43,754 bases of DNA from an uncultured Clostridia bacterium (lineage in GTDB: Bacteria > Bacillota > Clostridia > Oscillospirales > Acutalibacteraceae), in the NCBI GenBank assembly GCA_946004305.1, contig CAMFZJ010000001.1, forward strand, positions 1-43,754, read 5' to 3'. The notes under the pieces were generated by a model. The model was not told the origin of the DNA, searched no databases, and saw nothing but the letters and a program-made list of their open reading frames with translations. Positions within the stretch are counted from its first letter, which is position 1; the number at the start of each line of letters is the position of its first letter. Position numbers and translations under genes: made by a program. Positions 8,075 through 17,002 of this stretch are shown piece by piece.

Positions 8075-9520
8075 TTAGCAATAAAAAAACAGCTCAATAC
8101 TTGATGTAGTGCGATTGAATACTATCTTATCAATAAAACTACGCAGAATTGCGCTTTTTTCGCCTTCTGTGACGTTTTTTGATTTAAGCTTTGATATGAC
8201 ATTTTTATTTTTTTCAATCAAATTTCGCCTTAACTTTGGCAATTTATCATCATTATTAGCTTTTGGTTGTTGCTCACGAAGTCGTGAGATTTGTCCTTGA
8301 ACAAGCTCTCTGCGCTCTTTGTATTCTTCAAGCGTATAAACTCCATCTTCGTAAGCCTCTGTAATTCGTTTTAATTTTAGGTTTTCTTTTTCAATCAATG
8401 CTTCAAAATCAATAGCAGGCTCAGCTGTCCCTGTTTCCTTAACCTTGATTTTGAACAGCCCTGTTTCAAAAGCCTGCTCCAAAGCGAGAATAACCATATT
8501 ATTAATCTTATTAATTGAAATTGAATGTGATACTGAGCAATGGCCGTGGGAGTAGCCTATACATTGAAGGGAAGTGCCTCTGACTGCCATTGACAGAGTT
8601 CTGCCGCAGTTAGAACATTTAACAAGTCCGTGAAGCATAAATTCTTCGTTGCTCTTGTGGTGTGAATAAGGAATGTAGCTTTTTTTGTTCTTGTGTATTA
8701 ATTCTTGCACTTTATTAAAGGTATCTTCATAAATAATAGGCTGGTGTGTACCGTCAACCACAATAACATCCTTGTTTTCAAAATCCCTGTGAGTTTTGCC
8801 CTTAGGGTTCCAACGGATTTTGCCTATGTAAACAGGATTTTGCAATATGTATTCAACGGTCCGATTTTCCCAGTTGTTACCTCTTGTGGTTTTAATTCCC
8901 AAATCGTTCAAGTGTGTAGCAATCTGCCTTGCCCCTTGTCCGGATAGATAATCATTGAAAATCTGCTTTACAATAGGCGCAGAATCAGGGTTGATAACAT
9001 ATTCTTTATCAACAATATCATAGCCAAATGCAGGAACGGAAACAGCTCCGCCACGTTCAACCTTTTCAAGCATCCCTCTTTTGACTTCACCGGAAAGCCT
9101 AATACTGTAGTATTCATCGGACCATTCAATAATACGCTCAATCAGAGTTCCAAAAGGACCGTCAATAACCGGCTCTGAAACGCTGATAACCTCAACACCG
9201 TTTTTGCGTAACTGAGCTTTATAAAATATACTCTCTTCTTGATTTCGAGCAAATCGGCTGAATTTCCAAAGCAGTATAGTAGAAAATGGGGAAGGCTTGT
9301 TTTTTGCTGTTGCTATCATTTTAACAAACTCCGGGCGCTTGTCTGCTCTACGTCCGGAAATACCATCATCACGAAAAATAAACTCTCTTGGTATGATATA
9401 TCCGTTTTGTTTTGCAAATTGCTGAATAGTCTTAATTTGGCTTTGCGGTGACAGTTCCGTTTGATTGTCTGTGCTTACTCTTATGTAGGCGGCAGCGGTT
9501 TTTAATTCACTATTTTTCAT
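8075..9520 (-). CDS. int: Prophage large serine integrase
   Basis: AAYIRVST, SRFARN, CSNCG zinc ribbon. ATG9520 follows AAGGAG. Stop codon abuts the att arm. Confidence 0.95.
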   Translation of the reverse strand: MKNSELKTAAAYIRVSTDNQTELSPQSQIKTIQQFAKQNGYIIPREFIFRDDGISGRRADKRPEFVKMIATAKNKPSPFSTILLWKFSRFARNQEESIFYKAQLRKNGVEVISVSEPVIDGPFGTLIERIIEWSDEYYSIRLSGEVKRGMLEKVERGGAVSVPAFGYDIVDKEYVINPDSAPIVKQIFNDYLSGQGARQIATHLNDLGIKTTRGNNWENRTVEYILQNPVYIGKIRWNPKGKTHRDFENKDVIVVDGTHQPIIYEDTFNKVQELIHKNKKSYIPYSHHKSNEEFMLHGLVKCSNCGRTLSMAVRGTSLQCIGYSHGHCSVSHSISINKINNMVILALEQAFETGLFKIKVKETGTAEPAIDFEALIEKENLKLKRITEAYEDGVYTLEEYKERRELVQGQISRLREQQPKANNDDKLPKLRRNLIEKNKNVISKLKSKNVTEGEKSAILRSFIDKIVFNRTTSSIELFFYC

Positions 9521-9569
9521 TGTATCAACTCCTTGAAAAATTGTGCAAAAATGCCCTTGCATAATTCTA

Positions 9570-9680
9570 TTGCAAATTAAACAAGGGTATGATACAATAT
9601 TACTTGTTCGGGTAAGATTGTATCATACAACCTTGCTTCTTCGCTCTGATGTATTGCAGTACATCAGGGCGATTTTTTAT
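9570..9680 (+). ncRNA. Candidate ~75-nt antisense sRNA with own promoter and terminator
   Basis: TTGCAA-N17-(TG)TACAAT at 9570-9598. Hairpin at 9641-9672 followed by TTTTTT. No protein-coding gene evident between them. Confidence 0.5.
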
Positions 9681-9681
9681 T

Positions 9682-11166
9682 TTACTTAACTTTCATTTTA
9701 CATCTTACAAGCTCTAGGTATTGACCATTTGAAATATATACATATCTTGAATTATCAAAATTATCATTGCTAATAATATTATCACTATTGGTATCTGATG
9801 TTAAAGCGTAGTAAGCACTATAATCACTTGTACAGGTAAGCTTGTATTCTCCGGCAGGCACATCAACACCGACCAAATATTGACCTTCAGTTAAATATCC
9901 ATTATCATATTCAACTTTCTGTCTTTGAGAAACAGGACGAGCTTCGCACCTTGTCAAATCCAAATACTGACCATTAGAAACGGTGAAATAGTTTTGACCG
10001 TCAAAATTGTTGTTTGCAATTATATCATCACCGTTTGCATCTGAATAAATTCCGTAATAAGCACTGTATAAACCTGTAGGGTAAGCGATATATGTACCGG
10101 CAGGAATATCCTTACCAACTTTGTAATAATCTTCTGAATAAATAATAGGCTTTGTTTCTATACCGCCGATATCTACGAATAGCGAAAGGTCTGTCTTTTC
10201 CTTTTTTAAAGCATTGATTTTTATCTTTAAATCATCATAACTGTCATTTGTAGTACATTTTCCGCTGACAGTTAAATAGTCACCTTTATTTATTTTCTTT
10301 TTTGCGTCAAGGTAAATTGTAAAATTAACTTTTTCATAACCGTCAGTTTCATATAAAGTATATTGATATTTACCTTTGCTTTTATCTGCTGAAGTTACTT
10401 TGATTGTTGTTGTTATAAATTCTTCATCATAAATAATTGGATCGTTGCATAGTTTTTTAGTGTTAATTTTTTTAAATTTAGGGTATTTATCGCCAACAGA
10501 TACAAATAGATCTTTTTCATCATAAAGCCAATCATTGCCATATAAGTCGATTTCCAGCTCATCGTTTATGTCATATACACTACATGTACCTTTTACTGTA
10601 ACATAATCACCGATATTGATTTTTTCATTTGGGCTAAGATAAATTTTGATTGAAATTTTATTAAAATTACTAAAACCATATCTGATATAATTATAATAAC
10701 TAAATCCATCTTTATCTTTTTCAATATTATTTACTTTTATTGTTGTAATTATAGTTTTATCGTCATATCGTTCATAATTTTCAACTAAATCTTTAGTGTT
10801 TACGCTTGGAGTTGTTTTTTCAGGTGTAGTGCTTTCTTCAAATGTATCAACCCCTGCTTCGCTAGAGGTTGACGGTTCTATATGTTTCACATTTGAAGTG
10901 TTTGCTATTACTATGCTTCCTAATAAAATAATAGCAATAACAATAAACACAGGTGACCAATGCTTTAACCATTGTTTCGAAAAACGTTTAGGCTCATCAA
11001 TTTCACCGCTAATTTTGAAATTTGGCTTGTTTGCAAAGTCTTTTTCATTTTCATCAACAGTTGTTGTATTTTGCTCAACCTGTAATTTGATTTCTTCTTC
11101 AAGTTTAGTACCACAATTAGGGCAGAATTTACTATCTGCTTCATAACCGCATTTTTGACACTTCAT
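9682..11166 (-). CDS. Membrane-anchored lysogeny-module protein (zinc ribbon, TM helix, two OB-fold-like repeats, two YxVGxDxPAGxY repeats)
   Basis: N-terminal CxxC..CxxC; hydrophobic VFIVIAIILLGSIVIA; duplicated I.TTIKV...GDY.TV.G.C and VG.D.PAG.Y units. Confidence 0.75.
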   Translation of the reverse strand: MKCQKCGYEADSKFCPNCGTKLEEEIKLQVEQNTTTVDENEKDFANKPNFKISGEIDEPKRFSKQWLKHWSPVFIVIAIILLGSIVIANTSNVKHIEPSTSSEAGVDTFEESTTPEKTTPSVNTKDLVENYERYDDKTIITTIKVNNIEKDKDGFSYYNYIRYGFSNFNKISIKIYLSPNEKINIGDYVTVKGTCSVYDINDELEIDLYGNDWLYDEKDLFVSVGDKYPKFKKINTKKLCNDPIIYDEEFITTTIKVTSADKSKGKYQYTLYETDGYEKVNFTIYLDAKKKINKGDYLTVSGKCTTNDSYDDLKIKINALKKEKTDLSLFVDIGGIETKPIIYSEDYYKVGKDIPAGTYIAYPTGLYSAYYGIYSDANGDDIIANNNFDGQNYFTVSNGQYLDLTRCEARPVSQRQKVEYDNGYLTEGQYLVGVDVPAGEYKLTCTSDYSAYYALTSDTNSDNIISNDNFDNSRYVYISNGQYLELVRCKMKVK

Positions 11167-11184
11167 AATTATAATCCCCTTTAA

Positions 11185-11345
11185 TTAAATTATTTTATGT
11201 GAAGCGGATGTGAATCCGCTTTTTTCAGAACCTAATAAATTAACACTTGAATTTTTAATAACAGCAATATTAGACTTTCTTGTAATCTCACTTACCTTAA
11301 CCGGCAGAGAATTACTATTATTATCAATTAAACAGTACCAAGAAA
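11185..11345 (-). pseudogene. Relic N-terminus of a second ImmA/IrrE-type peptidase
   Basis: Start-less frame SWYCLIDNNSNSLPVKVSEITRKSNIAVIKNSSVNLLGSEKSG resembles clostridial-phage ImmA N-termini, from memory. Confidence 0.4.
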
Positions 11346-11367
11346 AAATTTTTATAAATAATGATTT

Positions 11368-11586
11368 TCACCCTGCATTAGCCTCTAATTCATTATGTAT
11401 CACAGGGTTAAAATCATCAAAATGATTTAATTCTATATGTCTAATTTCGTGCTTTGTAGCTTTCTTTTGGGTAGCTATTGATAATTTAGTATTAATATAT
11501 ACGTTATAGTTTCCGTCTGAATCAATAGTCGTTAAACCTTTTACTTTAAGAGGTAATTCAATACCTCTAATAAAAATATCATACAT
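11368..11586 (-). CDS. Short ImmA/IrrE-like metallopeptidase (anti-repressor)
   Basis: G.T......YNVYINTKLS...KHEIRHI (HExxH), directly downstream of the repressor. Confidence 0.75.
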   Translation of the reverse strand: MYDIFIRGIELPLKVKGLTTIDSDGNYNVYINTKLSIATQKKATKHEIRHIELNHFDDFNPVIHNELEANAG

Positions 11587-11603
11587 TCACATCTATCCTT
11601 TAT

Positions 11604-11948
11604 TTAATCTTTTTTTAGTGCTTCAATAATCTTAACCGCTTGTTCAACATCTTCTTTTGTAGCACCCTTTGCAAGAGAAAACAGCATACGCATTTCTTCT
11701 CTATTTTTGAGTTCTTCAAGGTATTCTTGTAATTCATCAGATATTTCAGCTGATTTTTTAGAATCTGTTAGGGTATTCATATCAACGTTAAATGTATCTG
11801 CAATAGCTTCTAATATTTCAAGGCTTGGTTCTCTTGCACCACTTTCATACATGCTAATAGCACTTTTACCAACACCAATTTTTAATCCTAATTCTTCTTG
11901 GCTCATACCGTTTTGCAATCTTAATCTTTTTAAAACATCTTGAAACAT
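11604..11948 (-). CDS. CI/ImmR-like XRE repressor
   Basis: LKRLRLQNGMSQEELG...SAISMYESGAREP HTH. ATG11948 follows GGAG. Confidence 0.9.
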   Translation of the reverse strand: MFQDVLKRLRLQNGMSQEELGLKIGVGKSAISMYESGAREPSLEILEAIADTFNVDMNTLTDSKKSAEISDELQEYLEELKNREEMRMLFSLAKGATKEDVEQAVKIIEALKKD

Positions 11949-11978
11949 CTTGTAATCTCCAATCAATTTTGTATTATC

Positions 11979-12080
11979 ATAGTATCACATAATGTGAAAA
12001 AAATCAAGAAAAAAATTCACAAAATGTGTTGACAAATAAAAATATTAATGCTATTATAAAATTGTTCACAAGATGTGAAC
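11979..12080. promoter_or_regulatory. Divergent lysogeny-switch promoters with three TCACA-N3-TGTG(A/T) operators
   Basis: Leftward TTGATT-N17-TACTAT (12007-11979); rightward TTGACA-N17-TATTAT (12029-12057). Operators at 11985-11997, 12017-12029 and 12066-12078. Confidence 0.8.
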
Positions 12081-12099
12081 AGCGAAAGAAGGTGAGAAA

Positions 12100-12309
12100 A
12101 TGTTAGATGCACATGTAATAGGCTTGAAAATTAGAAATAGAAGAGAAGAATTGCATAAATCAAAAGAAACCTTGTGTAAAGAAGCTGGAATTAGTTTATC
12201 TGCTTTGGCTATGTATGAAACAGGTCAAAGAGTTGCGAGAGATGAAATTAAACCTAAAATAGCTAAAGCACTTGATATGACTATAGAGGCTCTTTTTTTT
12301 GCTATATAA
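12100..12309 (+). CDS. Cro-like HTH protein
   Basis: 69-aa XRE HTH (GISLSALAMYETGQR) divergent from the repressor. Confidence 0.88.
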   Translation: MLDAHVIGLKIRNRREELHKSKETLCKEAGISLSALAMYETGQRVARDEIKPKIAKALDMTIEALFFAI

Positions 12310-12311
12310 GT

Positions 12312-12324
12312 TCACAAATTGTGT
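12312..12324. promoter_or_regulatory. Fourth operator copy just after cro
   Basis: TCACAAATTGTGT fits the same consensus. Confidence 0.6.
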
Positions 12325-12448
12325 ACCTAGTCTGTTTTTATTACGTTTTAATAATAACAAAACCAGTCCCATAATAAGGACAGAAAAGAGGGCTTCAACG
12401 AATAACGAAAACAAGCATTCCTGCATAAAAGATAAGGAGGTGGTTTTT

Positions 12449-12646
12449 ATGGCAAGTCGAAAGCTGACAGCAAAAATGTACATTGAAATAGAGGGCAAGG
12501 ATGTCCTTTGGTATGAAATTGATGAGGACGGCAAAGTCACTTGGCACTTGCCTAAGGAAGAGGGGAAGAAGTACAGAGATAGAATGTTGAAAAATATCGG
12601 TGAGCAGATGAGCAGATATGCTTATGCCCATCCTGAAAGTCTATAA
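12449..12646 (+). CDS. 65-aa hypothetical phage protein (candidate directionality factor)
   Basis: Strong TAAGGAGGTG RBS before ATG12449. Confidence 0.7.
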   Translation: MASRKLTAKMYIEIEGKDVLWYEIDEDGKVTWHLPKEEGKKYRDRMLKNIGEQMSRYAYAHPESL

Positions 12647-12663
12647 AAGAGAGGTGAAGAAAT

Positions 12664-12909
12664 TTGGAAATTCTAACCGAAATGCAAAGAAAACAATTAA
12701 AAACAACGGCTGAAAGAGTTGATTTATGTTTAGGCACTATTAGGGCTATTGGCGGTGACGTTAATACAAAAGCTAGAGTTTTAAAGCTGAATTTCCAAAA
12801 TAGAGATGATGTACAAGCTTTAGCTATTGATTTAAACGCTACAGCATTAATTCTTGATAATGTGAAAAGAACATTAGATTTTGTTCTTGATTATGTTAAG
12901 GAGGTGTAA
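12664..12909 (+). CDS. Hypothetical phage protein
   Basis: GAGGTG RBS; tightly packed ORF. Confidence 0.65.
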   Translation: MEILTEMQRKQLKTTAERVDLCLGTIRAIGGDVNTKARVLKLNFQNRDDVQALAIDLNATALILDNVKRTLDFVLDYVKEV

Positions 12910-12911
12910 AA

Positions 12912-13181
12912 ATGAAAAATATATTATGGACAATACTTGAGCTAATCCAGCTGTACTTATACGCAATCGGCAGTTTAGTACATAAGTTGTTTGTTAAACT
13001 GTTTCCTGCTTCAGCAGCACTGTTTGCTTTATTATTCACAATCGGCTTAGAGTTCGGTGTTAAAGACGGACTGACAGCGAACACAACATCAGTTGTTATT
13101 ACTCTGTTAGTGTTTGTAATTTTGTCTTTACTCTATATTGTGGACAAGCTACACACAAAAGTAAAGGAGAGCGAGAAGTAA
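12912..13181 (+). CDS. Small membrane protein
   Basis: AGGAGGTG RBS; two or three hydrophobic segments. Confidence 0.65.
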   Translation: MKNILWTILELIQLYLYAIGSLVHKLFVKLFPASAALFALLFTIGLEFGVKDGLTANTTSVVITLLVFVILSLLYIVDKLHTKVKESEK

Positions 13182-13276
13182 TGCCCCAAGATTTAGCAAT
13201 AGGGCTGTTGGTATCAGCAGTAATTATTCTTATCGCAAAGCCGATTATAGACCTAATAAAAAAACGCAAAAAATGA
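13181..13276 (+). CDS. 31-aa single-TM peptide (not in ORF track)
   Basis: MPQDLAIGLLVSAVIILIAKPIIDLIKKRKK. TAATG overlap with the upstream stop; AAGGAG RBS. Confidence 0.55.
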   Translation: MPQDLAIGLLVSAVIILIAKPIIDLIKKRKK

Positions 13277-13367
13277 GCCATCGGAAAAAATTCCAAAATG
13301 GCTCACAAAAATTAACTTAATTTGATTATAGACGATTTTTAAAAATTCGTCAAGAGAGGAATTTATT

Positions 13368-14798
13368 ATGAAAACAAGTAAAATTACAATTCGTTCATTA
13401 TTTGGAATAAAAGAAAAAGTGCTAAATGGCACATCAGTAGAGATTACAGGCAAAAAGGGAGCAGGAAAAACATCAATTCTTGATGCAATCCGTTACGCTC
13501 TGACAAATTCATCAAACAGGGATTTAATAATCAAGCAGGGTGCTGATGAGGGCGAAATTCTAATTGAAACTGACACAGGATTGTCTATTAACCGCAAGGC
13601 GAGAAATTCTAAGGCTAATGTGATTAACGTTAGCGATAATGACGAAAGAATTACAAAACCTGAAAGTTATCTCAAATCAATTATTTCTACACTGCAACTT
13701 AATCCGGTAGAATTTACTCAAATGAGTAAGCAGGAACAGAACAGGGCTATTTTGGATTTAATTGAATTTGATTGGGATATGAATTGGATCCGAGAGAAAT
13801 TCGGAGAAATCCCTACAGGCGTTGATTATAATCAGAACATCCTGCAAGTGCTTAATGATATACAGTCCGAAAAGGGCGTCTATTACCAAAGCAGACAGGA
13901 CCTTAACAGAGATATTCGCAACAAACGAGCATTTATAAGTGATATAGCAAAGGATTTGCCGGAAAACTACAATGCTGAACAATGGGAAAACTACGATTTG
14001 CAATCAAAATACACTGAACTTTTACAACGCAAGGATATTAATAACAAGATAGACAGAGCACAGCAATTTAGAGATAACTATAATAATAAACTTCGTGGAC
14101 TACAGGCTCAGCGAGATATTGACATAACCTCAGTAGAAAACAGTATTAATAATGAACGTGAACAGTTAAAAACCTCTATAGCAAGAATGAAAGCAGAGAT
14201 TACTTCAGCAGAGGACAAGCTGAACAGTCTAAACGAAAAATTCAATGATAAAGTATCGGTTATCAACGCAAATTATAATGCGTCCAAGGAAAAACTTGAT
14301 AAAGATACAGACGTAGCTTCTCAGTATGCGGATATGCAGAAACAGCCTGTTAACGAATTACAGGACGATATTTCTTATGCCGAGCAGATGAAAAAGCACC
14401 TATCGGAATACAAGCGGATGAAAGATATGCAGGCTGATTTAGATGCATTAATCTGCAAAGCAGAGGAATATACAGAGAAGATTGAACTTGCAAGAAACTT
14501 GCCCGGAGAGATTTTACAGAAAGCAAGTTTACCTGTTGAGGGATTAACGGTTGAAAACGGCGTTCCATATATTAACGGTTTGCCTATATCTAACTGCTCC
14601 GACGGAGAATTATTAGAACTTTGCGTAGATGTGGCTATAAGCAAACCGAGCGGTTTACAAATTATTCTCATTGACGGAGCAGAGAAACTTGATGATGAAA
14701 GCAGGGAATTGCTCTATAAAAAATGCAAGGAAAAAGGTCTGCAATTTATTGCAACAAGAACTACTAACGATAATGAACTTATCGTTACCGAATTATAA
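13368..14798 (+). CDS. SMC/Rad50-like AAA ATPase with coiled coil
   Basis: GKKGAGKT Walker A, long coiled coil, SDGE signature, IILIDGAEKLD Walker B. Confidence 0.85.
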   Translation: MKTSKITIRSLFGIKEKVLNGTSVEITGKKGAGKTSILDAIRYALTNSSNRDLIIKQGADEGEILIETDTGLSINRKARNSKANVINVSDNDERITKPESYLKSIISTLQLNPVEFTQMSKQEQNRAILDLIEFDWDMNWIREKFGEIPTGVDYNQNILQVLNDIQSEKGVYYQSRQDLNRDIRNKRAFISDIAKDLPENYNAEQWENYDLQSKYTELLQRKDINNKIDRAQQFRDNYNNKLRGLQAQRDIDITSVENSINNEREQLKTSIARMKAEITSAEDKLNSLNEKFNDKVSVINANYNASKEKLDKDTDVASQYADMQKQPVNELQDDISYAEQMKKHLSEYKRMKDMQADLDALICKAEEYTEKIELARNLPGEILQKASLPVEGLTVENGVPYINGLPISNCSDGELLELCVDVAISKPSGLQIILIDGAEKLDDESRELLYKKCKEKGLQFIATRTTNDNELIVTEL

Positions 14799-14812
14799 GG
14801 AGGTATTTTAAT

Positions 14813-15346
14813 ATGGCTACACATTGGAAAAAACTAACAAATCCCAACTATTTGGGTGCTTATTCCATTGAAAACGGACAAGATTTAATATTAACTATTA
14901 AATATGTAAACGAGGAAACTGTTATCGGCACAGACGGAAAGAAAGACAACTGTGTTGTATGTCATTTTGTAGAAAACGTCAAGCCTATGATACTCAATTC
15001 TACAAATATGAAAATGATTACAAAGCTATACAAAACTCCGTACATAGAGGATTGGACAGGAAAGAAAATCCAAGTGGGTATTGAAAAAATTAAGGCTTTT
15101 GGTGAAGTAGTCGAGGCTCTGAGAATTAGGAAAACTATTCCTCAAATTCAAGCAAAAGAATTACCTAAATGTGAAATTTGCGGTAATGATATTCAACCTC
15201 TTAGCAATATGACAGCAGAACAGGTTGCGGTATATACAAAGAATAAATATGGTAAACAGCTTTGCTCTGCCTGTGCTACTAAACTTGCACAGAAAGCAAC
15301 TGAACAGAATGATTCAGAGGGGGAAATAAGTAATGCAGTTGACTAG
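14813..15346 (+). CDS. Phage recombination-module protein with C-terminal zinc finger
   Basis: THWKKLTNPNYLGAY N-terminus; CEICG..CSAC; sits between the ATPase and nuclease. Confidence 0.6.
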   Translation: MATHWKKLTNPNYLGAYSIENGQDLILTIKYVNEETVIGTDGKKDNCVVCHFVENVKPMILNSTNMKMITKLYKTPYIEDWTGKKIQVGIEKIKAFGEVVEALRIRKTIPQIQAKELPKCEICGNDIQPLSNMTAEQVAVYTKNKYGKQLCSACATKLAQKATEQNDSEGEISNAVD

Positions 15347-16103
15347 CGAAAACTACTTTAGCCTTGAAAATCAAATGAAATATATGGGTGTATCCCAATT
15401 CAAAGCCTTTGAAAATTGCCAAGCTTCCGCTTATGCGGAAGTTACTGGCAATTATGAGCAAGAAGCAACCACACCGTTACTTGTAGGCTCATATGTTGAC
15501 GCCCATTTTGAGGGAACCCTTGATATTTTCAAAGCACAGCACCCACAGTTATTTAAGCGTGACGGTAATCTTAAATCTGAATATACCAAAGCTGAGCAGA
15601 TTATTGAACGTGTAGAACGTGATGACTTATTTATGAATTATATGTCAGGCGAAAAGCAAGTTATAATGACAGGAGTTATTGAGAATGTTCCGGTCAAGAT
15701 TAAGATAGACAGTTACCATCCTGACAAGATTGTGGATTTAAAGGTTATGAAAGATTTTCAGCCTATGTACATTCCGGAAAAAGGTAAACTTAATTGGATT
15801 GAGGCTTGGAGATACGATTTGCAAGGGGCTGTATATCAGGAAATAGTAAGACAGAATACAGGCAAAGTCTTACCGTTCTATATAGCAGCAGTAACTAAAG
15901 AGAAAGAGCCGGATATTGGAATTTTTGAAATTCCTCAAAGCTATCTTGATGTGGAGCTTGAGAGTTTTAGAAGCAAGGTTATGTTATATGACACAATTAA
16001 AAAAGGAATGATTGAGCCTGAGAGGTGCGAACATTGCGATTATTGTAAGGCAAGTAAAGTGTTGAGTAAGGCAGTTAGTTTAGAGATGCTTGATTATGAA
16101 TAA
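15333..16103 (+). CDS. PD-(D/E)XK exonuclease (DUF3799/RecE-like)
   Basis: GVSQFKAF, KIKIDSY..DKIVDLK, YDLQGAVYQ and terminal Cys cluster. Confidence 0.8.
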   Translation: MQLTSENYFSLENQMKYMGVSQFKAFENCQASAYAEVTGNYEQEATTPLLVGSYVDAHFEGTLDIFKAQHPQLFKRDGNLKSEYTKAEQIIERVERDDLFMNYMSGEKQVIMTGVIENVPVKIKIDSYHPDKIVDLKVMKDFQPMYIPEKGKLNWIEAWRYDLQGAVYQEIVRQNTGKVLPFYIAAVTKEKEPDIGIFEIPQSYLDVELESFRSKVMLYDTIKKGMIEPERCEHCDYCKASKVLSKAVSLEMLDYE

Positions 16104-16518
16104 TGTTATTTTAACAGGGCGATTAGTAGCGGACCCGGAACTAAAGACAACTCCCTCAGGTGTTGAGGTTACAAGCTTTAGGATTGCAGTCAATCAGAAC
16201 TATGTAAAACAAGGCGAGGAACGTAAGGCGGACTTTTTTAATGTTGTTGCTTGGAGGCAGACAGCAGCATTTATTTGCAGGTATTTTCATAAAGGTGACG
16301 GTATTGATATTGTAGGTAAGCTACAATCACGTTCATATATGGCTAATGATGGCTCAAACAGATATGTTGTAGAGGTAGTTGCAGATAGCGTTGAATTTCC
16401 GCTTTCTAACAGTAAGAAGGAAGAACAGGGATTTAATCAAACAACTGCTGTACCTTCTACACCTTCTCAGGCTGTAGATGTATCACAACTAACTGTTGAT
16501 GATGATTTACCATTCTGA
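16096..16518 (+). CDS. ssb: Single-stranded DNA-binding protein
   Basis: MNNVILTGRLVADPELKTT N-terminus and DDDLPF tail. Confidence 0.95.
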   Translation: MNNVILTGRLVADPELKTTPSGVEVTSFRIAVNQNYVKQGEERKADFFNVVAWRQTAAFICRYFHKGDGIDIVGKLQSRSYMANDGSNRYVVEVVADSVEFPLSNSKKEEQGFNQTTAVPSTPSQAVDVSQLTVDDDLPF

Positions 16519-16528
16519 GGTGTACGGT

Positions 16529-17002
16529 ATGACAATACAAATTGACAGCAGAGAAAAAGCAAGGGCTATTAAAAAGATTATTTCCGAATTTGATAAGCAG
16601 GAGACAACTCACTTTGTTTCAAAACTTCCCTGCGGTGACTATTGCGATTTGGATAATGCAAGATTTTGTATAGATAGAAAACAAAACTTACTTGAAGTTT
16701 GCAGTAACGTCTGTCAGCAACATAAACGCTTCACAGAGGAATTAAAACGAGCAAACAGGTTAGGTATTAGACTTGTGTTTTTAATTGAACACAGCCCAAA
16801 TATCAAGAGTTTAGAGGACGTTAAGAGTTGGGTCAACCCAAGACTTAAAGAGTCTCCTCTGGCGGTTTCAGGCGAAAGACTTTACAAAATATTATCAACT
16901 ATGGAAAAAACTTATGACACAAAGTTTTATTTTTGCAGTAAATCTGAAACAGGACAGAGGATTATAGAAATCCTACAGGAGCAGAAAAATAAAAATGGCT
17001 AA
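16529..17002 (+). CDS. ERCC4-domain nuclease
   Basis: IDSREK, GDY, IDRK and RFTEEL.RA motifs. Confidence 0.8.
   Translation: MTIQIDSREKARAIKKIISEFDKQETTHFVSKLPCGDYCDLDNARFCIDRKQNLLEVCSNVCQQHKRFTEELKRANRLGIRLVFLIEHSPNIKSLEDVKSWVNPRLKESPLAVSGERLYKILSTMEKTYDTKFYFCSKSETGQRIIEILQEQKNKNG

Noticed and set aside
6326-9520. The two serine recombinases as a tandem pair of one element
   Set aside because: They are convergent and separated by host cotJC sequence and a phage att core, so they belong to different elements.
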